Of a stretch of 64,000 nucleotides of DNA, positions 18,001 to 26,415 are shown piece after piece. The first letter of the stretch is position 1; every line of letters starts with the position of its first letter. Made by a program: the position numbers and the translations under genes. Where the stretch lies: sequence record NC_061443.1; one strand, given 5' to 3'. The notes under the pieces were generated by a model that was given only the letters and a program-made list of their open reading frames with translations, had not been told where the DNA came from and did not search any database.

Positions 18001-19606
18001 CAATCGTAGTCAGATTAATCTCTGGAGCTTTCATCGTTACTTGCTTAACGGCCTCGACCGGTACACCTGAACCAAACGCAGCGTAGATGGACGTCATGTA
18101 GTCTTGACGCATAACCTTAGACTTGAGGACGTTCTCAACAATCTCCGTGTGTTCGCTTGTGGTACGTGCTTGGGCGATACCAAGTTTCGATGTACCGTCG
18201 TTGTACGTGACAGCATAGCGCAGACTGAACTCCTCGCCTTGAGGTACTTCATCATCAACGATGATACGCAACTCGGTAGGAACAAGTTCGATCACACTGC
18301 GGTTAACATCGAACTCTTTTGTCTGGGCCATATCAAACTGGCCTTGATATTTGACGCTGATATCGACTGTTGTATCTGCATCAACACTAGGTAGGCTTAA
18401 CGTAGTGCCACTGAATGTACCTAAGGTAGAACTGAGAGCGATCATTCCACTGTCAGTCAGTTCTTTAGTTGCACCAGTAGCGAGATACTTACCGTACACA
18501 CGAACCTTAGCGCTCGCATTGCCGAACAACGTAGAGCACTCAATCATTAGCTCGTCTGGGTCCGGCTCAACTCCCATAGGATAGATGCGAGACTCAAGGA
18601 CTTGACTCGTGGTGTTATACGTCAGGGTCAATTCAATCACAGAGATGGCCAGCGGCTCATTGAAGCGCACGGCATTACCATCACGCTCTGCAATCCAATC
18701 AGAGTCTTCTACCCAGACTTCGACTGTTTCTTCCGTGTTGTCGCTATATTTAACCACAGCGCCAAACGTAGTCCACTCGCCACCGCGAATGAACTCAGGC
18801 TGGATGAATGCGATGGATGATTGTAAAGGTCTGCCAACGTTGAAACGACGAACTGATTCGACAACGACGTGAGCACCGAGGTATAACTTCGCGCCGATAT
18901 TGATCGTGGCATAGACACCTTCCAATACTTCTTCGATTGGCGCCCATTGATAGAACAGGTCAGCAATACGACGCTGGAACATAGCGGTACGTGCTGTGAA
19001 CTGTTCAATATCGTTATTCACAGGTTCGAAGCCGATGTGGTTGTTGAACCAATCTTCCGCTTCTTGCTGAGTCATACCCACTTCTTGCAGTGCGTTAACC
19101 ACATCTGTCTCTGCGTCTTTCGTGATAGTCAGGTCGATACCGCCGTCAATCAGATGCGCGTCAACTTCGAGATTAACTTTATTCGTTTTATACCATTGAC
19201 CGCCGTCTTGAATCAAAGTACCTAGAGGCGTAGGCAAGAACGTTTGATAGTCTGCGGTGTACATGCGCGTAGTGTCGAACTGACCGCCAAGCAACATGCC
19301 CACAAACTTAGGCCATTGAGTTGTACCAGACACTTGCTGCCAGTCAGGCAAGCAGTCGATAACACGTTTCAACGAAGGCAAACGATACTGCATCAGGTCA
19401 CGCGTGATGTTGATACCGAGCTGGCGAATGGCGGCTTCGGCCAGCTCGTCGTTTGTGTCTGCCGTGATGCGACGAAGATCTAACAGTTGTTGAATCGTTG
19501 TCAGGTTCAATTCGTCGTTGTGTGCATCGAGCATCTCGAACAACTCTGCCCACGCTGGATTGCTTTCGAGAAAGTCAATGTTGAAGGCTAGAGTGTTTGA
19601 TTTCAC
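15071..19606 (-). CDS. large baseplate wedge protein with multiple Ig-like repeats
   Basis: 1511 aa directly downstream of the baseplate J/gp6-like gene; helical N-terminal region then repeats such as SITIECPDT, QIGIVGPDVV, LTVGGYTNV. Confidence 0.6.
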   Translation of the reverse strand: MKSNTLAFNIDFLESNPAWAELFEMLDAHNDELNLTTIQQLLDLRRITADTNDELAEAAIRQLGINITRDLMQYRLPSLKRVIDCLPDWQQVSGTTQWPKFVGMLLGGQFDTTRMYTADYQTFLPTPLGTLIQDGGQWYKTNKVNLEVDAHLIDGGIDLTITKDAETDVVNALQEVGMTQQEAEDWFNNHIGFEPVNNDIEQFTARTAMFQRRIADLFYQWAPIEEVLEGVYATINIGAKLYLGAHVVVESVRRFNVGRPLQSSIAFIQPEFIRGGEWTTFGAVVKYSDNTEETVEVWVEDSDWIAERDGNAVRFNEPLAISVIELTLTYNTTSQVLESRIYPMGVEPDPDELMIECSTLFGNASAKVRVYGKYLATGATKELTDSGMIALSSTLGTFSGTTLSLPSVDADTTVDISVKYQGQFDMAQTKEFDVNRSVIELVPTELRIIVDDEVPQGEEFSLRYAVTYNDGTSKLGIAQARTTSEHTEIVENVLKSKVMRQDYMTSIYAAFGSGVPVEAVKQVTMKAPEINLTTIDLVVPETVVERDIIRPRAMALYVLASATPAQIAVRDPAIVVAYTEVFGIWFSSQDTATGTLALPRVDQQTGEFEAPLVDGDALPYALNFTYIESSTAMTFNRTIMINDTIMIPKSVDLRSSPTISSGSTLMLPVLCLWNNGLSYAAAAAVTVEYMPSDSAKEEARARTIRLQQQAVEQGQDPNQFDPDHPDYARWVTLSVGFSTIDVYDPVMKRSVKEYALYFQGDLHGSARVSMTYEFEGHTLNNYRDLQLIPARSLVDSITIECPDTMYEKSRTFVRLLATYADGAQEYVTAAEWTGNWPDKDTDEYKFLQFSPARYSGTSVVEIIEGRTPSDYKDFRSMDVSKLPMFNAIGSLADLDKAYYDGAILQTGKILYDYDVYTQVIASFFRVSNKIDLIVSPAPKQSVNNIINSRIEGATQISADVLSESYTLVNTYKTGGVMRTLDGSYVEETPKTFDLEVDSEWAVVQNYYTQEGPNNSQVLIQTSDIVAEIDAEGSLTPRQNTNGAVQIRARYTCDQYQIEKTLLVFLVQANTYLRQIGIVGPDVVWDVSDRNPTIGYENGRWYVPYSLRVILDPDDEFLSTDALWSIGDETNVDGVSIDNLNGHLFIGQSQLSDGVIGLRAVFTKQNPQSLADETITGTRTIQLQTQNTILNGYIENPAGNLNPNTDYRFIAYYQRRSGAGGSSALPDANSVKFKWNVIQSVSGFSLAQDGTFRFPASKDPQTVKVECIITEQRTEISLVQEITCPGVGFPQDLTVGGYTNVRDDSSMQMNALLGRTGTFVKDDVSAKCLWQITNSKGDVVDVQGISINASTGRLTIGLLLNDTDFGVKALYTEGQQRLQQTHFMKAMSSYPRFGIAPFGITGVSIALAQLPTRLRSNVGGQFVLSTKTDEYGYFVVRQSYGEAVFAAAADSAGVVNKAWLGFDGAQWPVTGDNGKKGPIVGKIVYDNLTENVLIYRTNARAFGTAVITVRYQ

Positions 19607-21066
19607 TGATTCATCTTCCTTTCGCTATACGTGATATTGATGCGAAGGTTACGCAGCGCAACGTATTCGAGTACCGTGTTAGGGATGATATCCTGAACAG
19701 GGCTTGCGATATTGCAGTAGTCCACTACAGGTCTACGTGCAGGTGCATCCGGGTCTGTCCAGTCGTACAACACACGGTCCATAATGTCGGACAGTGCAAG
19801 GCGTTTACCGAGCATCCCTGGGCGGCGCTTGAATAACTCAAGTACGGACGCTTCGAGTGTTGCCTGATTGGACTCGCGTGTACCAGGAGCATCTGCGTAC
19901 AGAGCTACGTCAAGTATGCAGTCAATCTGGAGCTTATCAGGGTTCCATGTCTGCACATCGAGTGGGCTGTGATACTGCGCAAGCCAGTTCAGGAACTTAG
20001 TCCACTGGGCTGACGTCGGGTTAGGGTTGATGCCTCCCCACGTGCTTGTGTTGCGAGGCAGGATGCAGATGCGCACCACTCCTTGCCACTCACGGTCATT
20101 AGGAGCAATCTCTGCTTGTCCCTGCACAACCACATCAGCAACGTCAGGATAGAGCGCACACGCTGCTTTCCATTCGTCACGGCGAATCAGTTTCTTACGA
20201 CTGCGCCCAACGATAGGACTGTAGTTGCGATAGTAGTCAACAGGCGTTTCATCAGAGCCGCCAAGACATGCAGTAACAGTCTTACCCTGTAGCTGTGAGT
20301 TAGCCAAGCACTGCACTTTCAGACCGATACTGTCTGTGTTGCCGCTGGCGCCTAACGCTTTGATGCCTTGCACCTTCAACGTGTAACCGACAGGAGGCTG
20401 CGAACCCCACTGCTCACCACCGAACTGAATCTCAACGTCACCATCGTCGGTTGTTACATCGAGAAAGATTTGTTGATCGGCGTATGCCTCAAACAAACAT
20501 TTGTCGAAGCGCACAAACTCAATGCGCGTACCTGTAGGATGTTCGAACCACACACGCAAGTCATCGGTCAGTTGGAAGTTCTCTGTGCCCAGTCGGATTG
20601 ACATGTAATCCGTAGCGCTAGGAACAATCTGGCTGAACGTAAAAGTCTCAGCGATGATGAAGTCAACGTTCTTAACTTCACCCGGTTCCCATTGAGTAAC
20701 TTCTGCAAGCAACGCATTGAAGTTGCCGATGGTGAACGCCGTGTACTTATCATAGGACTGTTTCACACCGCTAAGGTTAGCAACAGAAGCAGTGACTGTA
20801 GACACTGACTTGCGTCCAATATCAACACCTAAGTAACGGGCGTTGGCGAGAATGGAAGTGTTACGTCTGGCCAGACGACTGAATGCTTCACGCGCAGCAA
20901 TCAAGTTGGCATAAGAGTTCGTCACACCAATATCGCCGAGCGCATCAGCAAGCAATGCAGTCAGTGAGCTAACCTGCGCGTCAGTCCAATAGCTGGAACT
21001 GTTAATGCGATTGAGGAAGTCCTGCGCAAACTCCTCATGCGTGGTGTAGGTATTAAGCATGGACAT
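19603..21066 (-). CDS. baseplate wedge subunit (T4 gp6 / baseplate J-like)
   Basis: ARRNTSILANARYLGV (gp6-like N-terminal motif), G..GN...GG.D.E motif, position next to a gp25-like gene. Confidence 0.75.
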   Translation of the reverse strand: MSMLNTYTTHEEFAQDFLNRINSSSYWTDAQVSSLTALLADALGDIGVTNSYANLIAAREAFSRLARRNTSILANARYLGVDIGRKSVSTVTASVANLSGVKQSYDKYTAFTIGNFNALLAEVTQWEPGEVKNVDFIIAETFTFSQIVPSATDYMSIRLGTENFQLTDDLRVWFEHPTGTRIEFVRFDKCLFEAYADQQIFLDVTTDDGDVEIQFGGEQWGSQPPVGYTLKVQGIKALGASGNTDSIGLKVQCLANSQLQGKTVTACLGGSDETPVDYYRNYSPIVGRSRKKLIRRDEWKAACALYPDVADVVVQGQAEIAPNDREWQGVVRICILPRNTSTWGGINPNPTSAQWTKFLNWLAQYHSPLDVQTWNPDKLQIDCILDVALYADAPGTRESNQATLEASVLELFKRRPGMLGKRLALSDIMDRVLYDWTDPDAPARRPVVDYCNIASPVQDIIPNTVLEYVALRNLRINITYSERKMNQ

Positions 21067-21067
21067 G

Positions 21068-21490
21068 TTACTGTGCCCTCATAGCAAACGTAACGGATTC
21101 TTTCGATTCGAGCTTAGGACAACGCCATGTGATTACGCACACGTAAGTTTGCTCGTATTGGTCGCTCATGGTACACGCTGTCTGTACGTTGGTCACGTCA
21201 TTAGTCAGACCGTTCGCTCTGTCTTCAAGAGCAAGACGCATGTACGTTGCAATCCAGTCGGCAGTAGTCTGGTCGAAAGGCTCAAAGAGATACTGATACA
21301 CATCAGCACCGAAGGACTCACGCCATTTACGTGTTCTCTTCCGCGTACCGACTACCATCAGAATCTTCTGGACGATGCTGTCCATGTTCTGCACGTTATC
21401 GCGCGGCTCAAGCTGAATCCACGCATTGATATCACAATAGACTCGTTCACTAATAGGAACGTCTATCAGTCTGACTCCGATTCCTGCCAT
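21068..21490 (-). CDS. baseplate wedge protein (T4 gp25-like)
   Basis: ILMVVGTRKRTRKWRESFGADVYQYLFEP matches the gp25/GPW pattern (I..IL.T..GER..RP.FG..l...LFEP). Confidence 0.75.
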   Translation of the reverse strand: MAGIGVRLIDVPISERVYCDINAWIQLEPRDNVQNMDSIVQKILMVVGTRKRTRKWRESFGADVYQYLFEPFDQTTADWIATYMRLALEDRANGLTNDVTNVQTACTMSDQYEQTYVCVITWRCPKLESKESVTFAMRAQ

Positions 21491-21780
21491 TAGCCAAATC
21501 TCACGTTAGAACTACCGTTAGAGGCAGTGTCACCACAACTGTTACCATCACCTGCACGTTGCGCAGACTTACCGTTAACACGCACACTCGAACTGGATGT
21601 AGCCTTACCTGTATGGGGTGGCTTATCTTTCTTCCAGTGAGGCATGTACGAGTCACCCTGTCTAACGCTACCCTTTCCATTGACTAGCACGTTAGCAGAT
21701 GCTTGGGCTGCGACAACAGGGAAGTAACCGTTGTGTCCGGTAGACTTGTCTGTGCCTAGTCGAATAGCTTTCTGTCCCAT
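21490..21780 (-). CDS. PAAR-repeat spike tip protein
   Basis: AIRLGTDKSTGH...SANVLVNGKGSVRQGD...H...SSSVRVNGKSAQRAGD...CGD...GSSNVRFG. ATG at 21780 has a GAGGAG RBS (track start is 21804). Confidence 0.85.
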   Translation of the reverse strand: MGQKAIRLGTDKSTGHNGYFPVVAAQASANVLVNGKGSVRQGDSYMPHWKKDKPPHTGKATSSSSVRVNGKSAQRAGDGNSCGDTASNGSSNVRFG

Positions 21781-21802
21781 GATTATCTCCTCTGTTAGAC
21801 AC

Positions 21803-21810
21803 AAATTAGC
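21803..21810 (-). promoter_or_regulatory. GCTAATTT motif, putative late promoter
   Basis: 23 nt upstream of the PAAR ATG and just downstream of a terminator. Confidence 0.5.
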
Positions 21811-21826
21811 TTGTTAAGCCGCAGAA

Positions 21827-21856
21827 ACAAAAACGGGCAGCCTAATGGCCACCCAG
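21827..21856 (-). terminator. intrinsic terminator
   Basis: GGGTGGCC-ATTA-GGCTGCCC followed by GTTTTTGTTT on the minus strand. Confidence 0.65.
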
Positions 21857-21890
21857 TTTCTGTACGCTTGGATTTTGTGTCGTCGCTCCC

Positions 21891-22034
21891 TTACGCCCGA
21901 TGCAAGTGCCCGTCAGCTTTCGCTGGTGAGCCGGAGTGAGTAACAAACAGGTTAACATCATGAGGCCTGTTTGACCATGCAAGCAATAGACCAAACATCG
22001 CTATCGCTAACATCGACACTAAGAACAAAAGCAT
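21891..22034 (-). CDS. small membrane protein, 47 aa (absent from ORF track)
   Basis: AAGGAG 6 nt before ATG 22034; MLLFLVSMLAIAMFGLLLAWSNRPHDVNLFVTHSGSPAKADGHLHRA* with a hydrophobic N-terminus. Confidence 0.6.
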   Translation of the reverse strand: MLLFLVSMLAIAMFGLLLAWSNRPHDVNLFVTHSGSPAKADGHLHRA

Positions 22035-22049
22035 GTTTCGCTCCTTGTG

Positions 22050-23085
22050 TCATACTTTAAGAACTTACGTTTGATCGACGGTTACTTTATTCTGCTCATT
22101 GCCCAACATCACTTGAGTTTCAGAACGTTTCTCTATCTTTACCGCCTACGGTGCGGAAGGCCGCGCACAACACTCACATATCAAGGACACTCGGCGGAAA
22201 AGGGAAGTTCCGAATGCCCTAACAACATGAGTGAAGCGAAGGAGGTCCCGTATCGGTGATCTGCAGGGGTTCATGCACGTTTAACATTCGCTTCTTTGTG
22301 CGTTAAACCCTCTAGGACCCGAATGCCCTGCTAATCATTCCACGAGGATATTGCACACCTTAGTGAACAAGGTTTCAAGCTATGGCAGTACGTCAACAGT
22401 CAACAGCAGCGGACACACTCCACTGCAATCTGTTAAGGGCAGAATGCAGCAGGCTGTGAACAGCTCGGCCGGAATAGGTTTCGCTCGTCGCCCAACTTCA
22501 CTTGAGTATCTCGACCTAGACTTTTACTCTCCACGCGAACTACAAGGAGGTGCTCACGTTTCTGTGGCCTGCGGATGTTTATCACTCTCAGACTCTTTGC
22601 TCCTGTCTGGAAATTAACACGCTGAGTCGTCCGCTGGATGACGTGTTAACTCTCCTCACCTCGTCAGTACGAAAGGCCAGAACAGGTGCCGATGGAATTG
22701 TCATGAAGGAATCCCTGGGGGTCATCGCTTCCCAATGCACACAGGATGATCGCCTATGCACATCAGGCAGCGTCTGCTGCGATACTGCTATTCCCTACTA
22801 GACTGCCCACAATGTTGAGAACACACTCCAACAGTCTACGTGCCTAAGAGGTATATGCCGTGCCTATGTCTGTATTCAGCATGGTTCCATTGCTGGGCCT
22901 TCTGGGCGTCAGCGACAGAGCATATATCTATCACGTGGGTGCCGGGGTTGTCCTCACGATTACAGAGCGTTAACTCAAACCGGCTGGAGGCTTGCATGTT
23001 CAAAGATACACATGCAAGTTTGGTTAACAGCGAAGGCCGCTATGACACTTCGTTGTCAGACATATTGATATTACTATCTGCAATT
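22050..23085 (-). ncRNA. putative large structured non-coding RNA / regulatory region (family unknown)
   Basis: Only ~1 kb gap without a >=60-aa minus-strand ORF in the window; many hairpins, an internal 28-nt imperfect repeat and a downstream terminator. Strand inferred from context. Confidence 0.45.
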
Positions 23086-23099
23086 TTTATTTACAGATT

Positions 23100-24863
23100 T
23101 CAAAATACTTTTCGTTCCACATTCGAATAATAAGTTTCGTATGGGTCAGAGTACAACTCAGGACCACGTTGAGCACGTACAGTCACGTAACCCGTGTGGC
23201 GATTGAATGCAATGATTTCTACTGTAGGCTGTTTAGGCTTGATGGTCGCATAAATCGGAGCGTTCATTGTTGGTTCGTCTGTCTGAATCTTATTTACAGA
23301 TTTCAGAGCATCGCCTGTCAACGTAGGAAGATTAAATCTGATCTCCGCACGTTTCTGACCAAACGCAATCTTGATAGCCCCTGCAGGCATTTCAACGCCG
23401 TTCTGTTTCATGTACGCACCAATGCGACGAGCGATGCCCGTCAACTGGTCGCGAGTACGTGGGTCGAACGTGCCTTCGAAACTGATTGCTTCATTAGGCT
23501 GGCGTACAGACAGATGCAGACCTGTATTGAAGTAGCCTTCGGCAAGCAGACGCATCACTTCCTTCACGATTTCTTTCGTGTTAGATTTGATTGCTGCGAT
23601 ACGCAACTCAGGCACATCAGCTTTCACAGGGTCTTTGAGTTCTGTCTGGTTATCCATGTAGCCGAGTGATACGTGCTTCGCTTTGGCATACGTGTGCTGG
23701 AGAACGCCAGTAGCGCGAATCAGTACCGAGCCAGACTTAGACTGATCGTACAGTTCATCGCTGGTGGTTGTGCTGAACAGGTAATAGTCTGTAGGCACGG
23801 CCATGCGATTGACAGCTTCGACCGCTTTAGTCTGCGCTTCTTTCACTGTCTTGCCGAATACGACACGACTGCGGTTAGGCTGCGAGGCCGATACAGGGAA
23901 GAATGCGCCGTACACAACCTGCACGTTCTTTTGAATAGGCTTATCAGACTGAACTTTGATACCACCTTTAAGAGGTGGCAGTTTCATGCCCACCAGCTTA
24001 CCACTAACGATTGCTTTGTTAGCGACAACAGGTTTCAGACCGGACAGCAGTTTCTGCAACTCAGCGCCGTCAAGAATCTTCTCCAGCGGAACAGCGAGGT
24101 TCTGCGGCAGATAGTGTTTCTTGCGGAACGAGTAGATAACGGTGTCTTTCTTGATCTGCAACGGTGTAGCCATGTTGCGACCAATCTGACCAACAGGCGC
24201 GAATGTGTTGCTCTTGTCGTCTGCGATAGACCCGTACGCTTTAGGGAACTCTGACTGACCGATGATGTTTGCAACACGCTGGTGGCCACGAACGATGAAG
24301 ATAATCTTCGGGTCGTCCTTCATGCGCAGTTCATAACGATCTCGGTTGAGATACGTCATGCTGTACTTGTCGCCTTTTTCCAGCTCAAGGTCGTATTCAT
24401 CGTTGGCATCATCGACAACAACTTTCTTACCCTGATAGGTTGCGTACTGACGAGCAGGCGCGGAGGTCGAAGCGATCTCCATTGCTTTGCCTGTGTTAGA
24501 CAGCGCAACGGCGAAGTCAGCCACGGCAGGCATCAGGTCAACAGCAGAGGCAACCGCGTAGCTACTGCGATGCTCACCGAGATGCAGATGCACGGCAGAG
24601 GACGCAGACATGAATACAGTGTTACCTGTGTCTTCATGTTTACCTGCGAAGTTCATGCCGCTAATGCGTTCGATGATGTTTGCGCTTAACGCAGGGAAAG
24701 AGATATCACTACCAGCAGTGAAGTCGAAGATCTCACCCTGACGCCATGCGTAGGCAACGTTGTTAGAACTAAGTCCGATAAACGCATCGCCGACCTGTTT
24801 AACAGTCATCGGCATAATACTCAAGTCACGAATGACTGAGTTTTGCTTTTGAATAAGATTCAT
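23100..24863 (-). CDS. hypothetical protein (candidate internal head protein; carries shared ~70-aa domain)
   Basis: 587-aa ORF; contains YQGKK...LEKGDKYSM...Y.L..KDDPKIIF segment shared with three other ORFs. Confidence 0.7.
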   Translation of the reverse strand: MNLIQKQNSVIRDLSIMPMTVKQVGDAFIGLSSNNVAYAWRQGEIFDFTAGSDISFPALSANIIERISGMNFAGKHEDTGNTVFMSASSAVHLHLGEHRSSYAVASAVDLMPAVADFAVALSNTGKAMEIASTSAPARQYATYQGKKVVVDDANDEYDLELEKGDKYSMTYLNRDRYELRMKDDPKIIFIVRGHQRVANIIGQSEFPKAYGSIADDKSNTFAPVGQIGRNMATPLQIKKDTVIYSFRKKHYLPQNLAVPLEKILDGAELQKLLSGLKPVVANKAIVSGKLVGMKLPPLKGGIKVQSDKPIQKNVQVVYGAFFPVSASQPNRSRVVFGKTVKEAQTKAVEAVNRMAVPTDYYLFSTTTSDELYDQSKSGSVLIRATGVLQHTYAKAKHVSLGYMDNQTELKDPVKADVPELRIAAIKSNTKEIVKEVMRLLAEGYFNTGLHLSVRQPNEAISFEGTFDPRTRDQLTGIARRIGAYMKQNGVEMPAGAIKIAFGQKRAEIRFNLPTLTGDALKSVNKIQTDEPTMNAPIYATIKPKQPTVEIIAFNRHTGYVTVRAQRGPELYSDPYETYYSNVERKVF

Positions 24864-24871
24864 ATAAATCC

Positions 24872-25306
24872 CTAATACGAAACAAGGCGGAAGGCGTTCT
24901 GCTTGAGCAGATTGAGATTGCCTAGCATCAGGCTATAGGCCAATGTGCCGTGCTGTTCAAGCAGACTATCAGGAACGATAGACCCGAAGTAAATCGAGTT
25001 CTCTGGTCGAACGTTAATCTCTTCACCACTAGACTTCATTGCGTCAGGGACAACGAAGCACCACGGTTCAGCGACGTACTTACCTTTCACGTACTGAATC
25101 CTATAGCCAACAGCCATGTGCTGGCCTTTGGTCGGGCGGCACGAAAAGACATCCGTGTTCTGGTTACGCGACTTGCGAACCGCGAACAGCGCCATAGTCA
25201 AAAAGCGCTGTTCGAACTGAGGGATGAATGCGTTATCTTCGCAAATCTTTTTCAGAACCGCCTCTTGTCGAGCTTTGGGCATCGACGAGAACAGGTTTAA
25301 ATTCAT
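24872..25306 (-). CDS. hypothetical protein
   Basis: 144-aa ORF coupled to tmk by an ATGA overlap. Confidence 0.65.
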   Translation of the reverse strand: MNLNLFSSMPKARQEAVLKKICEDNAFIPQFEQRFLTMALFAVRKSRNQNTDVFSCRPTKGQHMAVGYRIQYVKGKYVAEPWCFVVPDAMKSSGEEINVRPENSIYFGSIVPDSLLEQHGTLAYSLMLGNLNLLKQNAFRLVSY

Positions 25307-25917
25307 GACAGCTTGGCGAGAATCTGGCGAACAACGTCAGACACCGAATTGACCTCAGTATCAATAATCAAATCGAATCCGCCTGGAACTTCAAGGTAGC
25401 GTTGATTGTATTGCTCATACACTTCCTTGGTCTGGCGTTTTTCGATACGGTCTTCGCCGCCAATGCGAATCTTCCGACGTTCAATGGAAGTTTCATAGCT
25501 ACACGTCAGCAGCACAGTCAAGCGATTCTCAGGAGCAAGTGCTTCCCAAGTGTGCTGATAGATCTGCGCGTTAACGTCTGACTCACCCGCCTGATAAACG
25601 TAGGTGGATGGATATCCCCGATCAGCAATAATGATCGTGTTCGGCTCATTGGCGAGGATGCGCTCATACGCAGTCATCGTTGAAGACCGGGCGGCAAGGA
25701 AAAGGAGCAGCTCTGTTCGAGGGTCCATATCCTCGTTAAGAGGATTGGAATTAGACAGCAGCACGTCACGGATGTGTTCCGCGAGCGGCGTACCACCAGG
25801 CTCACGTAGACGCAGAGTGTTAACACCGCGTTGCGTTAGAATCTCGGACAAAGAAGTACATACGGTAGACTTACCACCGCCTTCGCCGCCTTCAATTAAT
25901 ACATAGGTTGGTTTCAT
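25303..25917 (-). CDS. tmk: thymidylate (dTMP) kinase
   Basis: P-loop IEGGEGGGKST, LREPGGTPLAEHIR, ELLLFLAAR and DRGYPSTYVYQ motifs. Confidence 0.92.
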   Translation of the reverse strand: MKPTYVLIEGGEGGGKSTVCTSLSEILTQRGVNTLRLREPGGTPLAEHIRDVLLSNSNPLNEDMDPRTELLLFLAARSSTMTAYERILANEPNTIIIADRGYPSTYVYQAGESDVNAQIYQHTWEALAPENRLTVLLTCSYETSIERRKIRIGGEDRIEKRQTKEVYEQYNQRYLEVPGGFDLIIDTEVNSVSDVVRQILAKLS

Positions 25918-25926
25918 AATGATTCC

Positions 25927-26415
25927 TTAGGCAAAACGCCCACCACGCCATGCGGCCTTAATGAGCAACTTTGCCACGATTTCGTTCTTCATTGTCTTTC
26001 GCTTGGCGTTGCTTCTGACAAATGCAGAGCCGAACTTATTCACGACGATTAGGCCGCAGCCTAACTCTTTAATGCGACCAATAATCTTATCGCCGTGAGT
26101 CTCAAACAGTCGTTCATCAATGATGAAGTACATACGCATACAGAAAGGCAAATACTTGTGCCACTTCTTATCGGTGTTGAAGTCAGCCCAGCAACTCTTA
26201 ACCTCAGTGATAATCATATCACACTTGGTATTCAGGCAGAACACGTCAGCCCTTAAGTTACCATGCTTAATCAAACCGAGTTCAACGTGGCAGGAATAGC
26301 GTTTGTCAATCCAGTAGCGCTGTGCAGCTTCGGTGAGAAATGCCGTCTTATCAGGACGGCTCATTGATTTAAATACTGCTTGAAGGGGTTCAGCCTTGCG
26401 CCGCTTATAAGCCAT
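25927..26415 (-). CDS. MmcB-like PD-(D/E)XK endonuclease
   Basis: RADVFCL...IITEVKSCWADFNTDKKWHKYLPFCMRMYF matches the MmcB family pattern. Confidence 0.7.
   Translation of the reverse strand: MAYKRRKAEPLQAVFKSMSRPDKTAFLTEAAQRYWIDKRYSCHVELGLIKHGNLRADVFCLNTKCDMIITEVKSCWADFNTDKKWHKYLPFCMRMYFIIDERLFETHGDKIIGRIKELGCGLIVVNKFGSAFVRSNAKRKTMKNEIVAKLLIKAAWRGGRFA

Noticed and set aside
22094-22510. 28-nt repeat as a CRISPR array
   Set aside because: Only two copies, 361 nt apart, no regular spacers and no cas genes in the window.
22050-23085. Group I/II intron or hammerhead ribozyme
   Set aside because: No group II domain V, no convincing group I P/Q/R/S set, no interrupted gene; CTGACGA near 22660 is not followed by stem II plus GAAA. 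A covariance-model search is still needed to exclude these fully.
22047-23130. Four plus-strand ORFs (70-96 aa) in the non-coding island
   Set aside because: Opposite to every real gene in the window, no clear RBS, atypical composition; treated as chance ORFs.
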